Positions 18,629-30,377 are shown, numbered from the stretch's first letter. The stretch is 64,000 bases of DNA from Luminiphilus sp. (GCA_038141785.1 JAYQIT010000015.1:102024-166023), one strand, 5' to 3'. Notes: generated by a model not told the origin, from the sequence alone. Made by a program: numbers and translations.

Positions 18629-21600
18629 ATGCATCATCCTCGACGTCACCTCGGTTTGGTACTTGCTGTTCAGGCCGCCCTGTTCGGAGTCTTGGCTAGC
18701 CCTACATGGGCGCAAGACGATGAAATTGAAACTACCACGATACAATCGGCAGCTGACGCCGAAGAGTCGGCTGCCAATGTGCAGCCTGTAGAGGAAGTGA
18801 TTGTTACCGGTTCGCGACTGCGTCGGGATACTTTCTCCAGCGTCGCTCCCATGCAAATCATTACCACCGAGTTCTCTAAAGAAGTGGGTTTGGTCGACGC
18901 GGCAGATATTCTGCAGGGTTCGACGGCCGCGACGGGCCAGCAGATTGATCTGACTTTCCAGGGATTTGTGTTGGATAACGGCCCTGCCGCCTCAACGGTG
19001 GATTTGCGTGGTTTGGGGCCAACCGAAACCTCGTTCTCATTAACGGTCGACGTGTCTCACCATCGGGTGTGGAGGGTGCGCCCGCGGCCCCTAACCTGAA
19101 CTTGTTGCCGCGATCACTTGTTGAGCGTTACGACATTCTGCTCGATGGCGCCTCCTCGGTTTACGGATCAGACGCCATTGCCGGTGTGGTTAACGCCGTA
19201 TTGCGCAAGGACTTTGATGGTTTTGAGCTCGAGGTGTTTTCTAATCAGCCCCAACAGTCAGGTGGCGCAGACACCACCGGTCACCTTTGCATGGGGTATG
19301 AATACCGACCGCGGCATGTTTGGCATTGGTGCCGAGTATGTCGAGACCACCAAAGCAGCGCTCGCCGATCGTGATTGGACTAATGACTGCAGCGGTAACG
19401 TTGAAATCGATGAAAACGGTGACATTCGCCGAGACGACTTATTCTGGCTTCGAGGGTTATCCGTCGCTCGGAAATGCGAGTTGGGCGCTCCGGCTATGTA
19501 CACGATTGTCAACGCGCATGGGCTAATCTTCTTTTTATACGCCTGGGTATTCTAACGGTGGCTGGGGGAACTTTAGTTCTTATCGCGATCCCTACACGGG
19601 TCAAGCGGCCGATGGTAATGGCGATGGCGTGGGCGATGTTGGTTTCCTCGATTACGATCTCAATGGCAAACCGGCTACCCTGGATGCCGATTTGTTCCCT
19701 GCGTCGACCCGCTACAACATCATGGCCTATGGTGAATACACATTTGAGGGTGAAGCGAACTTAACGCCGTACTTTGAAGCTAACTATTCCTATCTTAGAG
19801 GTGAATTCAAAGAGCGGGGAGAAGGTCAGCTATTTCCCGAAGTACCCGCGCTCAACCCATTCAACCTGTGTAATCCCAATCAACCCAACGGTATTGACTG
19901 TGGTCTTGCTACCGATGCGTTCCTGGATAACCCCAGCATCGCCGCTAACTTTGCCGCCGTGTATGGACTTACGCCCGCCCAGTTTCGTGACTTTGGCATA
20001 GTCAACCTTTACAACGGTGCTATTGGTCCAGTCGCTACTCAACCAGTCATCTCGGTGCGCGACGATCGTAACCGGACAGATGTAGAGCAAACCCAAGCTA
20101 GGGTAGTTTTGTGGTGTGACGGGGGATATTCCGCGCTCAACATCGGCACGCTGGACAACTGGACGTTCGACGCCTACGTGAGCTACTCGCTTTCCGATGG
20201 TAAATCGAGTCGCTTGGTGAATTCGTGAAGATCGTTTGAACTATGCATTGGGTTACAACAGCTCTACCAATACACCCTGCGAAAATGATCTTGGGTAGAA
20301 TCTGCGGGCCGATGCGACAGCAGGATGTGTTCCGGTTAACCTGTATGCCCCCTCCTTGTACCCCTTGGGTCAAGTGGTTGGTGACTTTGCATCACAAGCC
20401 GAGCGTGATTATCTGTTTGACGCTCGCGGGATTTTGACACTGAGTATGAGCAGACCGTTGTTTCTGTCTACGCGACAGGTGATATTTTTGATTTGCCAGC
20501 TGGTACTGTCGCCGTTGGTTCGGGGTTGAGCATCGCATCGACGATATTGATTCCGATCCAGATGCCGTTGCTGCCGAAGGCTTGTTCTGGGGCTTTTTTG
20601 CTGACTTGGGGGCGCAGGGAAGTCGCGACGTTATAGAGTGGTTTGGCGAGATCGAAATCCCACTCCTGGCGAATCTGCCACTGGCGACTGAACTTAACGT
20701 TAACCTGTCAGCGCGACTTACGGACGATGAGTACTACGGTACAACAATACCGAGTCAGTCAAAATTGGCTGGCGCCCAGCTGACTCATTACTGATTAGGG
20801 GGACTTGGGGAACGGCATTCCGAGCACCAAATTTAAGAGAACTTTTCCTCGGTGGATCAACGGATTTACTAATGTTGGAGACCCGTGTTTTGTGCCAACC
20901 GACGCGGTGGATGATTTGACGGGGGAGTACATCCCAGCCAACGATCGACGCGATGCACAAATCCTCGCTAATTGTGCCGCGACTGGCGTGGACCCGACTA
21001 TGGCAAATCTCGGCGGTTTCTTTAGCTCTTATAGCGTTGAAGTACAACAAGGTGGTTCTCTAGAGCTAGATCCTGAAGAATCCGAGTCATGGACGGTTGG
21101 TTTTGCTTTTGAGCAGAATTTCAGTAACGACATTTGATATGTCTTTTGGCATGACTACTACGAGATCGACATTACCAATACCGTTATCTCACCGAGTACT
21201 GGCTTCATCGTTGGCGATTGCTACAACTGACGAGGCTGGAACAGGTGCAAGTGTTTTCTGTAGTCGTATCACACGCGATCTCAGTGATCCAACCGATCCC
21301 GCAATCGTCTTTATGGATTTGGGTTTCATTAACCGCGATTTGGAGACGGCTCGGGGTATCGACTACAACCTATTCTTCCGAGATCAATTCAACCTTGGGG
21401 CACCCGTAGACGTTAGTCTTAATGTCACCGCAAGTCGGCTGTTGGAGCGCTCGACTGGAGTTCACTAACCCCGATGGCAGTGTAGACCGCGAGGCCTACC
21501 AAGGTGAATGGGGTTTCCCTGAGTGGCAAGCACAAGCAGCGCTTCGTTTTGAGTGGGATCGCTGGAGCATGACGTGGGAAACACGTTATTTGGTGCTGTT

Positions 21601-21917
21601 GATCAAGACATTGAGGATGTGGATGCATTTCGCTGACGTAGCCGGCATTTCTGACACATGTTTTTGGTCCCCCAAACGATGTGCTTTGTCGTGACTTTGC
21701 TGAAGCTGATGATTACTTCCGCCACAGTTTCTCAGTGTTCTATAACGCCGATACCTGGACAGTGGGCGGTGGCGTGCGCAATGTCTTCAACGAAGAGCCT
21801 CCCGTTGTTGATGAAACCGAGGTCTTGGCATTCTCCAACACCCCCATCGGTTATGGTTACGACCTGCAGGGTCGCATGTTCTTTGTGGACGTTGCCTATC
21901 GTTTTGGTGGTAACTGA
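18629..21917 (+). CDS. TonB-dependent receptor, split by many indels
   Basis: Signal peptide, EEVIVTGSR TonB box, STVDLRGLG, DGASSVYGSDAIAGVVN, LDPEESESWTVG, GVRNVFNEEPP, C-terminal GRMFFVDVAYRF. Confidence 0.88.
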
Positions 21918-21941
21918 TAACGGTATTTGTCCGTAACAGAG

Positions 21942-21966
21942 GGCGCGCTGCGGCGCGCCTTTTTTT
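21942..21966 (+). terminator. Rho-independent terminator
   Basis: GGCGCGC-TGCG-GCGCGCC followed by a T-run. Confidence 0.8.
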
Positions 21967-22032
21967 AGTTATTTAAAACGCCCGTTCTTGCGCAACCTGC
22001 AAATGAAGACAGGGCACTAAGGAGGTTTGCTT

Positions 22033-23990
22033 ATGCTGCGTCTGGTATTGACGCTAGTGGTAATGCTAGTGGCGGAGAGTGTGCTTGCACAGCCATACCC
22101 TTGGATTATTGGGCGCGCCGATCGGCCGTGCGAAACATCGAGTTGTCGCCCGATGGCAAGTTCTTAGGCATACTAAAAACCCCGCCCGAGGCGAAAACCC
22201 GATAATCGAGATCTATAAGACCGATGATCTTGCCGCTGAGCCGTTTCGGCTCAATGCCAGCCCGATGGAAATTATTGGTTATGACTGGGTGGATGATGGC
22301 AATCTCGTTTTACAGGCGCGCCAGCAAGTGCGCGATCAAATTGATGGCTTTAACCAAGGTATTTACGAGTACCGTATTGCTTTGGTCGACGTTGTCAAAA
22401 AGACCCTTGAAGAGTTTGATGAGCGAGACGCCTCGGTGGTCAATGTGCTGCCAGATAAACCTGGCAAGATTCTAATCTCGTTCTCGGAGGGCGGGCGCGA
22501 AAGCGTTGGCGCAAAAATCAGGAGGCCTTTAGACCGTGCATACTGGGAATTGGATCTCAATCGCGGCTCTAAAAAGTTAGTTATTCGCGGGAAAATATCG
22601 CTGGGTAATATCGACTTTGATCAAGCGGGTAACCCCATCTTAGCGCGCGGGTTCGATATCGACAGTGGCGAGTTCATTTGGTACTGGCGTGAGCCGAAGA
22701 GCGATAGTTGGCAAGAGTTTTATCGACTGCATGAAGACAGCTTTGAGTCATTCACCGTTTATGGGCCCGACCCGGCGCTGCCTGGTAATTTTATTGTTGC
22801 CGCCAACAATGGCAGTGATACCACCGGGCTTTGGTCCTATAACGCGGCCAAGCAATCCTTTGCAGAGCTACTCTATCAGCGTCGGGATGTCGATATTTGC
22901 GGCGTTCGCTATCATAGCAACCAATGGTCCAATGCCGACACCATTGTGGGGGTTGTCTACTGTAAAGATAAGCCGCGTGTGGAGTACTTTGATCCACAGG
23001 AAGGCGCGCTAGATCAACAGTTGTCGAGTGTTATCCCCGAGGCGTGGTATACGCGAATAACGAGTCGTTCGCGCGACGGCAACACCATCACTATACGCAA
23101 TACGGGTCCCCGAGATCCGGGGAACCCATTATTTGCTGCACAAAGGCAAACTACAAATCATCGGTAGTGAACGCCCGTATTTTGATGGTAGCGAGTTAGC
23201 CGATTTACGCTACATCACCTATCCCGCTCGCGATGGCGAGCAGATTCCTGGCTATTTAACCGTTCCCCAAGGAGAACCGCCATTCCCACTGGTAGTCATG
23301 CCCCACGGCGGTCCCTTCGTTCAAGAAACGGTTTTATTTGACGAGTGGAGTCAACTGCTGGCGAATAACGGCTACATGGTACTGCAGCCACAATATCGCG
23401 GCTCCCGCGGCTATGGGCAGCGTTTTTATCAAATGGCATTTATTGATGGCGGGCAGGGTGGCTATCAGATGCAAGATGATAAAGACGATGGCGTTAATTG
23501 GTTGGTTAAAGAAGGTTTGGTCGATCCCAAGCGCGTGGCTATGTTTGGTTGGTCATACGGTGGTTACGCAGCGCTCGTGGCGGCGTCGCGAACGCCCCAA
23601 CTCTATCAATGTGTTATTGCCGGTGCTGCTGTCTCTGACCCGGAAATGCAGATTAACTACTACCGCTATCGCCTGCGTGGATCGAGCAAAATTGAACAGT
23701 TAAGTATGTGGGATGACAGCATTTCTCCCATAAATGAAGTTGCGAAGGTAAACGTACCACTTTTGCTGGTCCACGGTGACGTTGATCAACGAGTGCCTGT
23801 TGAGCATGCCCAAAAATATTTGGATGCCTTAGAGGAGCAAGGCAAAGAACATAAGTGGTTGGAGTTAAAAGGTGCCGATCATTTTTCTAACACCTTGTTC
23901 TACGATCACAAGCTGGTGTTATACGATGCGTTGCTATCGTATCTGGCTAACGAGTGTGGTTTGAATCAGCAACTGGCTCTGGCGGAGTAA
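22033..23990 (+). CDS. Secreted S9 (prolyl oligopeptidase/acylaminoacyl peptidase) family peptidase (frameshifts ~22080-22140 and ~23130)
   Basis: GGAGG RBS, signal peptide, PHGGP, QYRGSRGYG, GWSYGGY, HGDVD, GADH. Confidence 0.9.
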
Positions 23991-24046
23991 ACGCCGCTCG
24001 CCTTTGCTAATGAGCCACGCTGACAGCTGTGATAGCGCGTTGCTTG

Positions 24047-24418
24047 CTAGTTAACAATATCGAAGTCAATGGGCATCAAGCCACCATCATCCTGATCGGC
24101 AAACAACACGAAACTCACCAAGGCACCATTAGAGGCTTGAGTGACTCGCATACCCCGCAATGGCGCGGGAAGATCGTGTGCAAGTGCCGCAACTTTGACT
24201 GAGAAGGTCGAATCGTCATTTTTGACCTCGCCCACAGTGTAGCGCCCGGGCTCAATACCCGTGAGGTGTTCACGCAAGCTGCTTATGCCTTCTAGCATTT
24301 GCTCCGCCACTTCGCTGCCAATGCTCACAAGCGCGGTCATATTAATGTCATCGGTGGTGAAGGTTTCGAGGACCGGCGCTAAGTTAAGCGGTTGCTCTGA
24401 GGGTAAGTCGTTAGGCAT
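24047..24418 (-). CDS. Hypothetical protein
   Basis: 123-aa ORF co-oriented with and just downstream of the PaaI gene; no recognised motif. Confidence 0.6.
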   Translation of the reverse strand: MPNDLPSEQPLNLAPVLETFTTDDINMTALVSIGSEVAEQMLEGISSLREHLTGIEPGRYTVGEVKNDDSTFSVKVAALAHDLPAPLRGMRVTQASNGALVSFVLFADQDDGGLMPIDFDIVN

Positions 24419-24438
24419 AAGTGAGTCCCGGTTGCGGC

Positions 24439-24858
24439 TTAGTCCGAGCGCGCAATTTTAGCCGTTGATTGCGCGGTAGCTGTAAGGTTGCCCTGTTCAT
24501 CACGGATTTCCCCATCAAGGAAGACGATTGATCGGGTAACTTTTCTTATCCGTCCGGTAACCGTGAGGGTTTGCTCGCCAAAGGTGGCGCTTTCGTAACG
24601 CGTGCTAATTTCCAAACTGGACAAGCGTGTGATTGATGAGTCAATACCAAAAATGGCATGGGCCATCGCCGCGTCAAGCATGGCGGTAACAAAACCTCCC
24701 TGAACAATATTACCGCTGTGGCAGTAATCAAGGGGGACGCAGAATTCAAATGTACAGCTTCGCGACTCGGGGTCCAGTGCAATTATCTTGCCGCCAAGAA
24801 AATCAAGGAAGACAGGTTTTTGTTTGTTGAGTACGGCAATCGCCTGCGCGAGGTCCAT
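24439..24858 (-). CDS. PaaI family thioesterase
   Basis: IVQGGFVTAMLDAAM hot-dog fold motif. Confidence 0.85.
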   Translation of the reverse strand: MDLAQAIAVLNKQKPVFLDFLGGKIIALDPESRSCTFEFCVPLDYCHSGNIVQGGFVTAMLDAAMAHAIFGIDSSITRLSSLEISTRYESATFGEQTLTVTGRIRKVTRSIVFLDGEIRDEQGNLTATAQSTAKIARSD

Positions 24859-25083
24859 GGAGGGCTTCCGAATTGGATGATGAGTGTTGGTAAATGCCAA
24901 GAGCGCTCATGGTACGCGAAATTAACAAAGCGTGGGCTCCTTACTTGATCCTAAACAGGCTGAAAGTAGCCAAGCCGTGGTTGTCAACGCCGTTTCTTTG
25001 GCAAACAGGTGTGGTGCCATAGGGCATATACGTAGACAATGCGTAGCTGCACATTGGGGACTCAAACAAGGAGATGAGGCTAC

Positions 25084-25701
25084 ATGCAAGCAGCGATTGA
25101 GAACATGCTCTCTATGCAAAACCGAATGAACACGCGGGTGCATTCCCAATGGATAACACAGGGGTTTGAGTGGTATCGCGCGGCGTGGATTGAGTGTGGC
25201 GAACTCATGGATCACGTGGGTTATAAATGGTGGAAAAAGCAGGTCCCCGATATGGAGCAAGTTCGCCTTGAGGTCATTGATATATGGCATTTTGGTTTGT
25301 CGGCGCTTTTCACGCCCGATTGTGACCTTGGTGAGCTGGCCAGACAGATAGCACTGGACCTCTATCATGCTGAGCCCGAAACGTCAGATATTCACCAAGC
25401 CACAGAAGCTCTGGCTTTAGATTGTTTGCAAACGCGGGGCTTCTCCGTGAGCAAGTTCGCCCAGTTAATGATGGCTTGTGATTTGAGTTTCGATGATCTG
25501 TATCGCCACTACGTGGGAAAGAATGTGCTTAATTTTTTCCGTCAAGATCACGGCTACAAAGATGGCAGCTATGTAAAGCTATGGGCGGGCAGGGAGGACA
25601 ACGAGCATTTATCCGAGATACTAACGACATTGGACTCCGCTAAAGACAGTTATCCGGACGATGTTTACGCGGCACTCGTATCTCGATATCCGGCTGACTA
25701 G
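25084..25701 (+). CDS. Dimeric (all-alpha) dUTPase
   Basis: ECGEL, YKWWK, EVIDIWHFGLS, YVGKNVLNFFRQDHGYK, GREDNE. Confidence 0.9.
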   Translation: MQAAIENMLSMQNRMNTRVHSQWITQGFEWYRAAWIECGELMDHVGYKWWKKQVPDMEQVRLEVIDIWHFGLSALFTPDCDLGELARQIALDLYHAEPETSDIHQATEALALDCLQTRGFSVSKFAQLMMACDLSFDDLYRHYVGKNVLNFFRQDHGYKDGSYVKLWAGREDNEHLSEILTTLDSAKDSYPDDVYAALVSRYPAD

Positions 25702-25941
25702 GCCTTGGCGCAAACTTCTTTGAAACCCGCCGCCACAAAAGGAATCATGTGATCGTAGGCGGCTCTAAAATCTTCTGATCGGCATAGCCCATCGCTAAGG
25801 CGGTCGATGCGTCCGGTGCGAGCCAAGGTGAGCGTCAGCGCGCCCGACAGATTGTGTAACACCAATAAATATGCCGTTTGTCGGCACCGGGGAGTGCTGC
25901 CGACAAGGCGTCGATAAATTGGTTGACCAATTCGTCAAACA
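25698..25941 (-). pseudogene. 3' half of a TetR (PsrA-like) regulator
   Basis: Minus strand reads FDELVNQFIDALSAALPGADKRHIYWC / HNLSGALTLTLARTGRIDRLSDGLCRSEDFRAAYDHMIPFVAAGFKEVCAKA*; HTH missing. Confidence 0.72.
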
Positions 25942-26086
25942 ACTAAAAACCTGGTCGAACGAACGGTTGGGTAAGCAACAGCGCTTGAGCGATGTTATCT
26001 TGGTTGACGAGTTGCCTCGAAACCCCAACGGAAAAATCTTAAAAAGAGAGCTTCGCGAGCAATATAAGGACAAACGCTATGCCTAA
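25938..26086 (+). pseudogene. C-terminal tail of an AMP-dependent acyl-CoA ligase
   Basis: LKTWSNERLGKQQR..VDELPRNPNGKILKRELR (A10 motif) with no upstream body. Confidence 0.75.
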
Positions 26087-26934
26087 TTATAACGATGTGT
26101 TCTACAAGGTTGCGGACGGTTTGACGTTGTATGCCCGCGATTATGCCGGGCCGGCCCCAGATGCGCCTGTGGTGCTTTGCATGCATGGACTTACGCGTAA
26201 CAGCCGAGATTTTGCCCGCATTGCACCCACCTTAGCACGAACGCATCGGGTCATTGTGGTTGAACAGCGAGGCAGGGGGCGCTCTGAGTACGATGATCAA
26301 GTCGAGCGCTATGTGCCAGCAACCTATATGGGTGACATGTTTGAGCTGCTGGGAGAGTTGGGCATTAATCAATGCGCGACAATCGGAACGTCCATGGGAG
26401 GCTTGATGGCCATGGGAATGAACGCCCTTAACCCGCACTTTTCACGCGCATCGTTCTCAACGATATTGGGCCCATTGTCGCCGAAGAGGGGCTTGATCGA
26501 ATAAAACAATACGTTGGTAGTGCTAGTGAATTTCCCGATTGGGATTCAGCCGTGACCTACGCCCGCACCGTGAATGGCAGTGCTTTCCCCAACTACACTG
26601 ATAGCCAGTGGCGAGAATTTGCCGAACAAATATGTAGCGAGCGTGACGGAAAGGTTGTGCTGGACTACGACACACGCCTATCACAACCCATGAAGGCTGA
26701 CGATGGAGCGGCGGTACCCCCGATTTGTGGCCGTTGTTTGATTCCATGGTCAATAAGCCCGTGATGTTAGTTCGTGGCTTGTTGACCGACCTACTTGATT
26801 TAGATTGTGTTGCCGAAATGCAGCGCCGTCACCCCGGTATGGTGCGAGTGGACGTTGCCGATGTAGGCCACGCGCCGATGCTTGATGAGCCCGGGGTGCT
26901 GGATCAAATAGTGGCGTTTATCAACGAGCGTTAG
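26079..26934 (+). CDS. Alpha/beta hydrolase (two frameshifts)
   Basis: [33 protein letters not shown]. Confidence 0.88.
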
Positions 26935-27223
26935 GGCCTTTTAAAAGCGCATCAATCCTCTCTGCCAGGGTAGTATCCAGTGCGGTGAGCCCATGCGCAT
27001 CGTGGGTGGTAAGTGAAATGCTTACCCGGTTATAAACGTTTGACCACTCCGGATGGTGATTCATGGCCTCGGCGATAAGTGCAACCCCGGACATAAAGCG
27101 CCATGCGTCAATAAAGTTAGTAAATACCCAGTCCTGGGTTAGCTTGCCGTCCTGTAGACGCCATTGGTTGTTGTGACCTAACCATTCATCTATTTCAATA
27201 GTGTCCAAGCGCGTTGGGTTCAT
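26921..27223 (-). CDS. phhB: Pterin-4-alpha-carbinolamine dehydratase
   Basis: [27 protein letters not shown]. Confidence 0.92.
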   Translation of the reverse strand: MNPTRLDTIEIDEWLGHNNQWRLQDGKLTQDWVFTNFIDAWRFMSGVALIAEAMNHHPEWSNVYNRVSISLTTHDAHGLTALDTTLAERIDALLKGPNAR

Positions 27224-27230
27224 GGTTTTT

Positions 27231-28311
27231 ACTCAGCAATACGCCGCTTTCTAGGTGGTGTGTGGGAAACTGATCAAAAAAGCGAGCTTATCAATGCGGT
27301 GGCTTGGCGCTAGCGCCGCAAGATTGGCAAGCAGTGTTTGCGGGTTGCAGGAAATATAGATCACCTTGTCAAATTGACGGGCGATTTCTAGGGTTTTGTC
27401 ATCGAGACCAGCGCGGGGTGGGTCAACTAGCAGCGTCTTGAGGTTATAACTGTCGAGCGGTTTTTTTAGATGCGATAGCCGCCTGAATGGCCGCTCGTTA
27501 GCCAAGGCACTACTCATATCCTCTGCCGACATGCGTACAAATTCAATGTTGTCGATTGCATTCTCTAATCGGTTGACCTGAGCCGCAGCTGTCGCCACTT
27601 TGGAGAGCTCCGTAGCAATAATATTGTCGAAGCAGGGCGCTAGCGGTAACGTGAAGTTGCCAATACCGCAGTACAGCTCTAGCAGGTCGCCAGAGCACTG
27701 GGTGGCGGCGGCAACGGCCCAATTGATCATGGCCTTGTTTACCTCGCCATTTGGCTGCGTGAAGGCCTGCTCAGGTTGCTGGTAAGAGAATGTACCGGTG
27801 CTGACCTTGAGTGTCTCCGTGACGTAATCTCGGCCAATGACCTGCTTTTGTTTTCGGCTACGGCCAATGATGCTAATACCCAATTGGTCTGCCAATTGCT
27901 GTGCTACTTGCTGCCATGCTTCGTCTAGTCTGCGGTGATAAACCAGGGTTACTAGCATGTCGCCTGCAAGCGTGCCGAGGAATTCAATCTGAAATATCTT
28001 GTGGCGTAGTATGTTGTCGCTCTTAATGGCGGCTATCAATATCGGCATAAGCGCTTGTATGGCTTGGCTCGCGATTGGGAAGGTATCCATGAGCACCGGG
28101 TCTTTTGGCGCTTTAGGATCAAACATAACGTAATACAGTTGGTCACCCTCATGCCAGAGCCTAAATTCGGCGCGCAAACGAAAGGCCTCCTTGGGTGAGG
28201 ACGTTACCTCGGCTCGGGCGCGCCAAGTGTTTTAAATTTAGGCAGCAGCTCGGCGATCTTTTCATCCAGAAGCTGATCATAGTGCTGTGGACGAAAGTTA
28301 GTTAATGCCAT
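27231..28311 (-). CDS. trmA: tRNA/tmRNA (uracil-5)-methyltransferase (frameshifts near both ends; 3' end approximate)
   Basis: [38 protein letters not shown]. Confidence 0.92.
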
Positions 28312-28327
28312 GGGAGATTCTCTTGGG

Positions 28328-28650
28328 CTAAAGGCAGTTCTTGGGTTTGGGCAGACCGGCTATGCGGCTACCGCGACGTGCTGGACTCTCAGGGAACAGC
28401 GACATCAGATAGATTGAATTACCTTTGTCTGCGCCGTGATGTCGTTTCACGTAATTAACCAGCGCTCGATTGGCCGGCGACGCCTCGTAGGCCCGTAATA
28501 CTCTCGCAGTAGCAGGATAATTTCCCAATGCGCCTCGGTCAGGCTAATGCCTTCGACTTGAGCAATTTGTTCGGCAAGTTCTGGCGTCCAAGCTTGCCAG
28601 TCTTTTAAGAACCCCTTGTCATCACAGAGATTAAAAAGGACATCTGTCAT
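28328..28650 (-). CDS. tusE: TusE/DsrC sulfur relay protein (frameshift ~28500)
   Basis: DDKGFL..WT, LTEAHWEII, C-terminal IAGLPKPKNCL. Confidence 0.9.
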
Positions 28651-28657
28651 GAATTGC

Positions 28658-28933
28658 TCACGCCCATACCACCTGATTGTGGTGTATTTCAGTGAGTTCA
28701 ACCCACTGGTCATCGGACAATAATACAACATTGCCCATATTATCGAGTGCATTGACTGCCGCTTCGTCTAGTTCGAACAGCAGGGTTCCTATCTTGTTGG
28801 GTAGCGTGGCAAGCAGATGGGGTTTTGCAACAAGTTCGGAAACAGCCTTATCGACTATCAGCACAAAGTCATCGGGTTTAATGGCACCCATACAGGTATT
28901 GCTTGCGCCAGTGTGTAAAACGTGCAGTGTCAT
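28658..28933 (-). CDS. tusB: TusB/DsrH-like protein
   Basis: MTLHVL..., WVELTEIHHNQVVW; position in the tusDCBE cluster. Confidence 0.7.
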   Translation of the reverse strand: MTLHVLHTGASNTCMGAIKPDDFVLIVDKAVSELVAKPHLLATLPNKIGTLLFELDEAAVNALDNMGNVVLLSDDQWVELTEIHHNQVVWA

Positions 28934-29302
28934 CAGAAGCTCAAACACATGGGTGGCTTGGGCAATATGCTCACCCAGTTCTTGAAGATCGATCGACTCG
29001 ATGCAAAGTTCTGCTGACGCGTTGACGGTTATTTCCTTGTCAAATTTACTCTCTTGGTCAACCACATAAACAGATTCAATATCGTACAGAGGAAAGGACA
29101 TAACTTGCTTAAAGAGGTTGCGTTCGCCGGGCGGTGGGCTTTGATTGGCGCGTAGTATATCTACCCCATCACCTTCAAAAATGACAATGACAGGTTGCCC
29201 AAAGGCACCACACGCCAAAGCGGCATCAATACCCGACACCGCTTTTTCGCATGCGTAGGGTTTGCTGCGAATAAGAACTAACCACCTGGGCCGATTAGTC
29301 AC
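28932..29302 (-). CDS. tusC: TusC/DsrF-like protein
   Basis: PYA...GIDAALACGAFGQ..VIFEGDGV, LYDIE. Confidence 0.8.
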
Positions 29303-29642
29303 AGGTGATCACTCGATCCGAGTCGAAACCCGCTTCTATTAGGCTACCGAGCCCGGCAATGATAAATCTGTCGGGTGCGTGAGAGACCCCAAGGCGCTCA
29401 GCAGAAGCGCTGCACAAGCATAGCTCCGTATCTGAGTCTTTGTTTCCCAAGAGTGCCTGCCAGCAAGCGGCTACCGGCGCATGGTTTGGCAGCGCGGTAC
29501 TGACGGCATTGCCGTAGAAAAATACTCTGCGCAAGTTGTGCCCACGTTGAAGTAATGCGCGGGCAAAGCGCAAGGCGCGAGCTTGCTGGTCGCCCTGATC
29601 GGGGCCATTGTTGATGAGTAGTGTGTAGGAGAGAACGTTCAT
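29295..29642 (-). CDS. tusD: TusD/DsrE-like sulfurtransferase
   Basis: ALRFARA, RVFFYGNAV, LCSASAERLG, IAGLGSL. Confidence 0.85.
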   Translation of the reverse strand: MNVLSYTLLINNGPDQGDQQARALRFARALLQRGHNLRRVFFYGNAVSTALPNHAPVAACWQALLGNKDSDTELCLCSASAERLGVSHAPDRFIIAGLGSLIEAGFDSDRVITCD

Positions 29643-29649
29643 TACCAAT

Positions 29650-29676
29650 AAAAAAACCCCGGTTTTGCCGGGGTTT
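29650..29676 (-). terminator. Terminator after yccA
   Basis: AAACCCCGG hairpin with a T-run on the minus strand. Confidence 0.7.
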
Positions 29677-29695
29677 AACACAAGGCTTTTGTTAC

Positions 29696-30377
29696 TTAAT
29701 CATCACCGCCAGTGAGTGCCGTTAACAGGTGCAGTAGATGGATGAACAGATTATAAATGTTCAGGTACAGCGAAACCGTAGCGCGGATGTAGTTGGTCTC
29801 TCCGCCGTTAATGATCCGGCTGGTATCAAACAAGATTAGGCCCGACATGATCATGATGATAGCGGCGGAAATGGTTAGGAGAGGGCGGGGATGCCCAAGA
29901 AGATATTCGCGATACTGGCCACGATGGCTACGATCAGACCCACCATGAGAAACCGCCCATGTACGAGAAGTCTTTTCTCGTGGTGAGCGCGTAGGCCGAT
30001 AGACCAAAGAACACTAACGCGGTACCGCCGAGCGCTTGCATTACCAGAGCAGGACCACCTGGGAGGGCCACGTAGTAGTTCAGCATGGGACCCAACGAGG
30101 CACCCATGACGCCGGTGAAGGCAAAAATAGCGGGCAAACCCTTGGCCGAGTCGGCCATACGATTAACCACAAACAAGAGCCCGAAACCGACCAGCGTCAG
30201 CACTAAAGCAACGGTATGCGACAAGTTCATCGCCATGGCAATGGTGGCCGTAAGCGCGCTGAAGGCAAGTGTCATTCCCAGCAGCATATAGGTGTTTTTT
30301 AAAACCTTGTTAGTGCTGATCAATCCTGTGGTTTCAAAACTCGCCTGATTCGATGTGAATACGGGTTTGTCGTTCAT
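29696..30377 (-). CDS. yccA: Bax inhibitor-1/YccA membrane protein (frameshifts ~29890-29950)
   Basis: NKVLKNTYMLLGMTLAFSA, TRKDFS, GGETNYIRATVSLYLNIYNLF. Confidence 0.92.

Noticed and set aside
18629-23990. Lasso-peptide cluster (TonB receptor plus isopeptidase)
   Set aside because: No precursor, B or C (asparagine-synthetase-like) genes nearby.
25878-25907. TTGTCGGCA...TGCCGACAA inverted repeat as a mobile-element end
   Set aside because: It lies inside the TetR remnant reading frame, occurs once, and has no transposase or target duplication.
28658-29302. Apparent TusC-TusB fusion ORF
   Set aside because: Removing one T near 28943 gives HVLSF* with the TGA overlapping the tusB ATG, the normal coupled arrangement.
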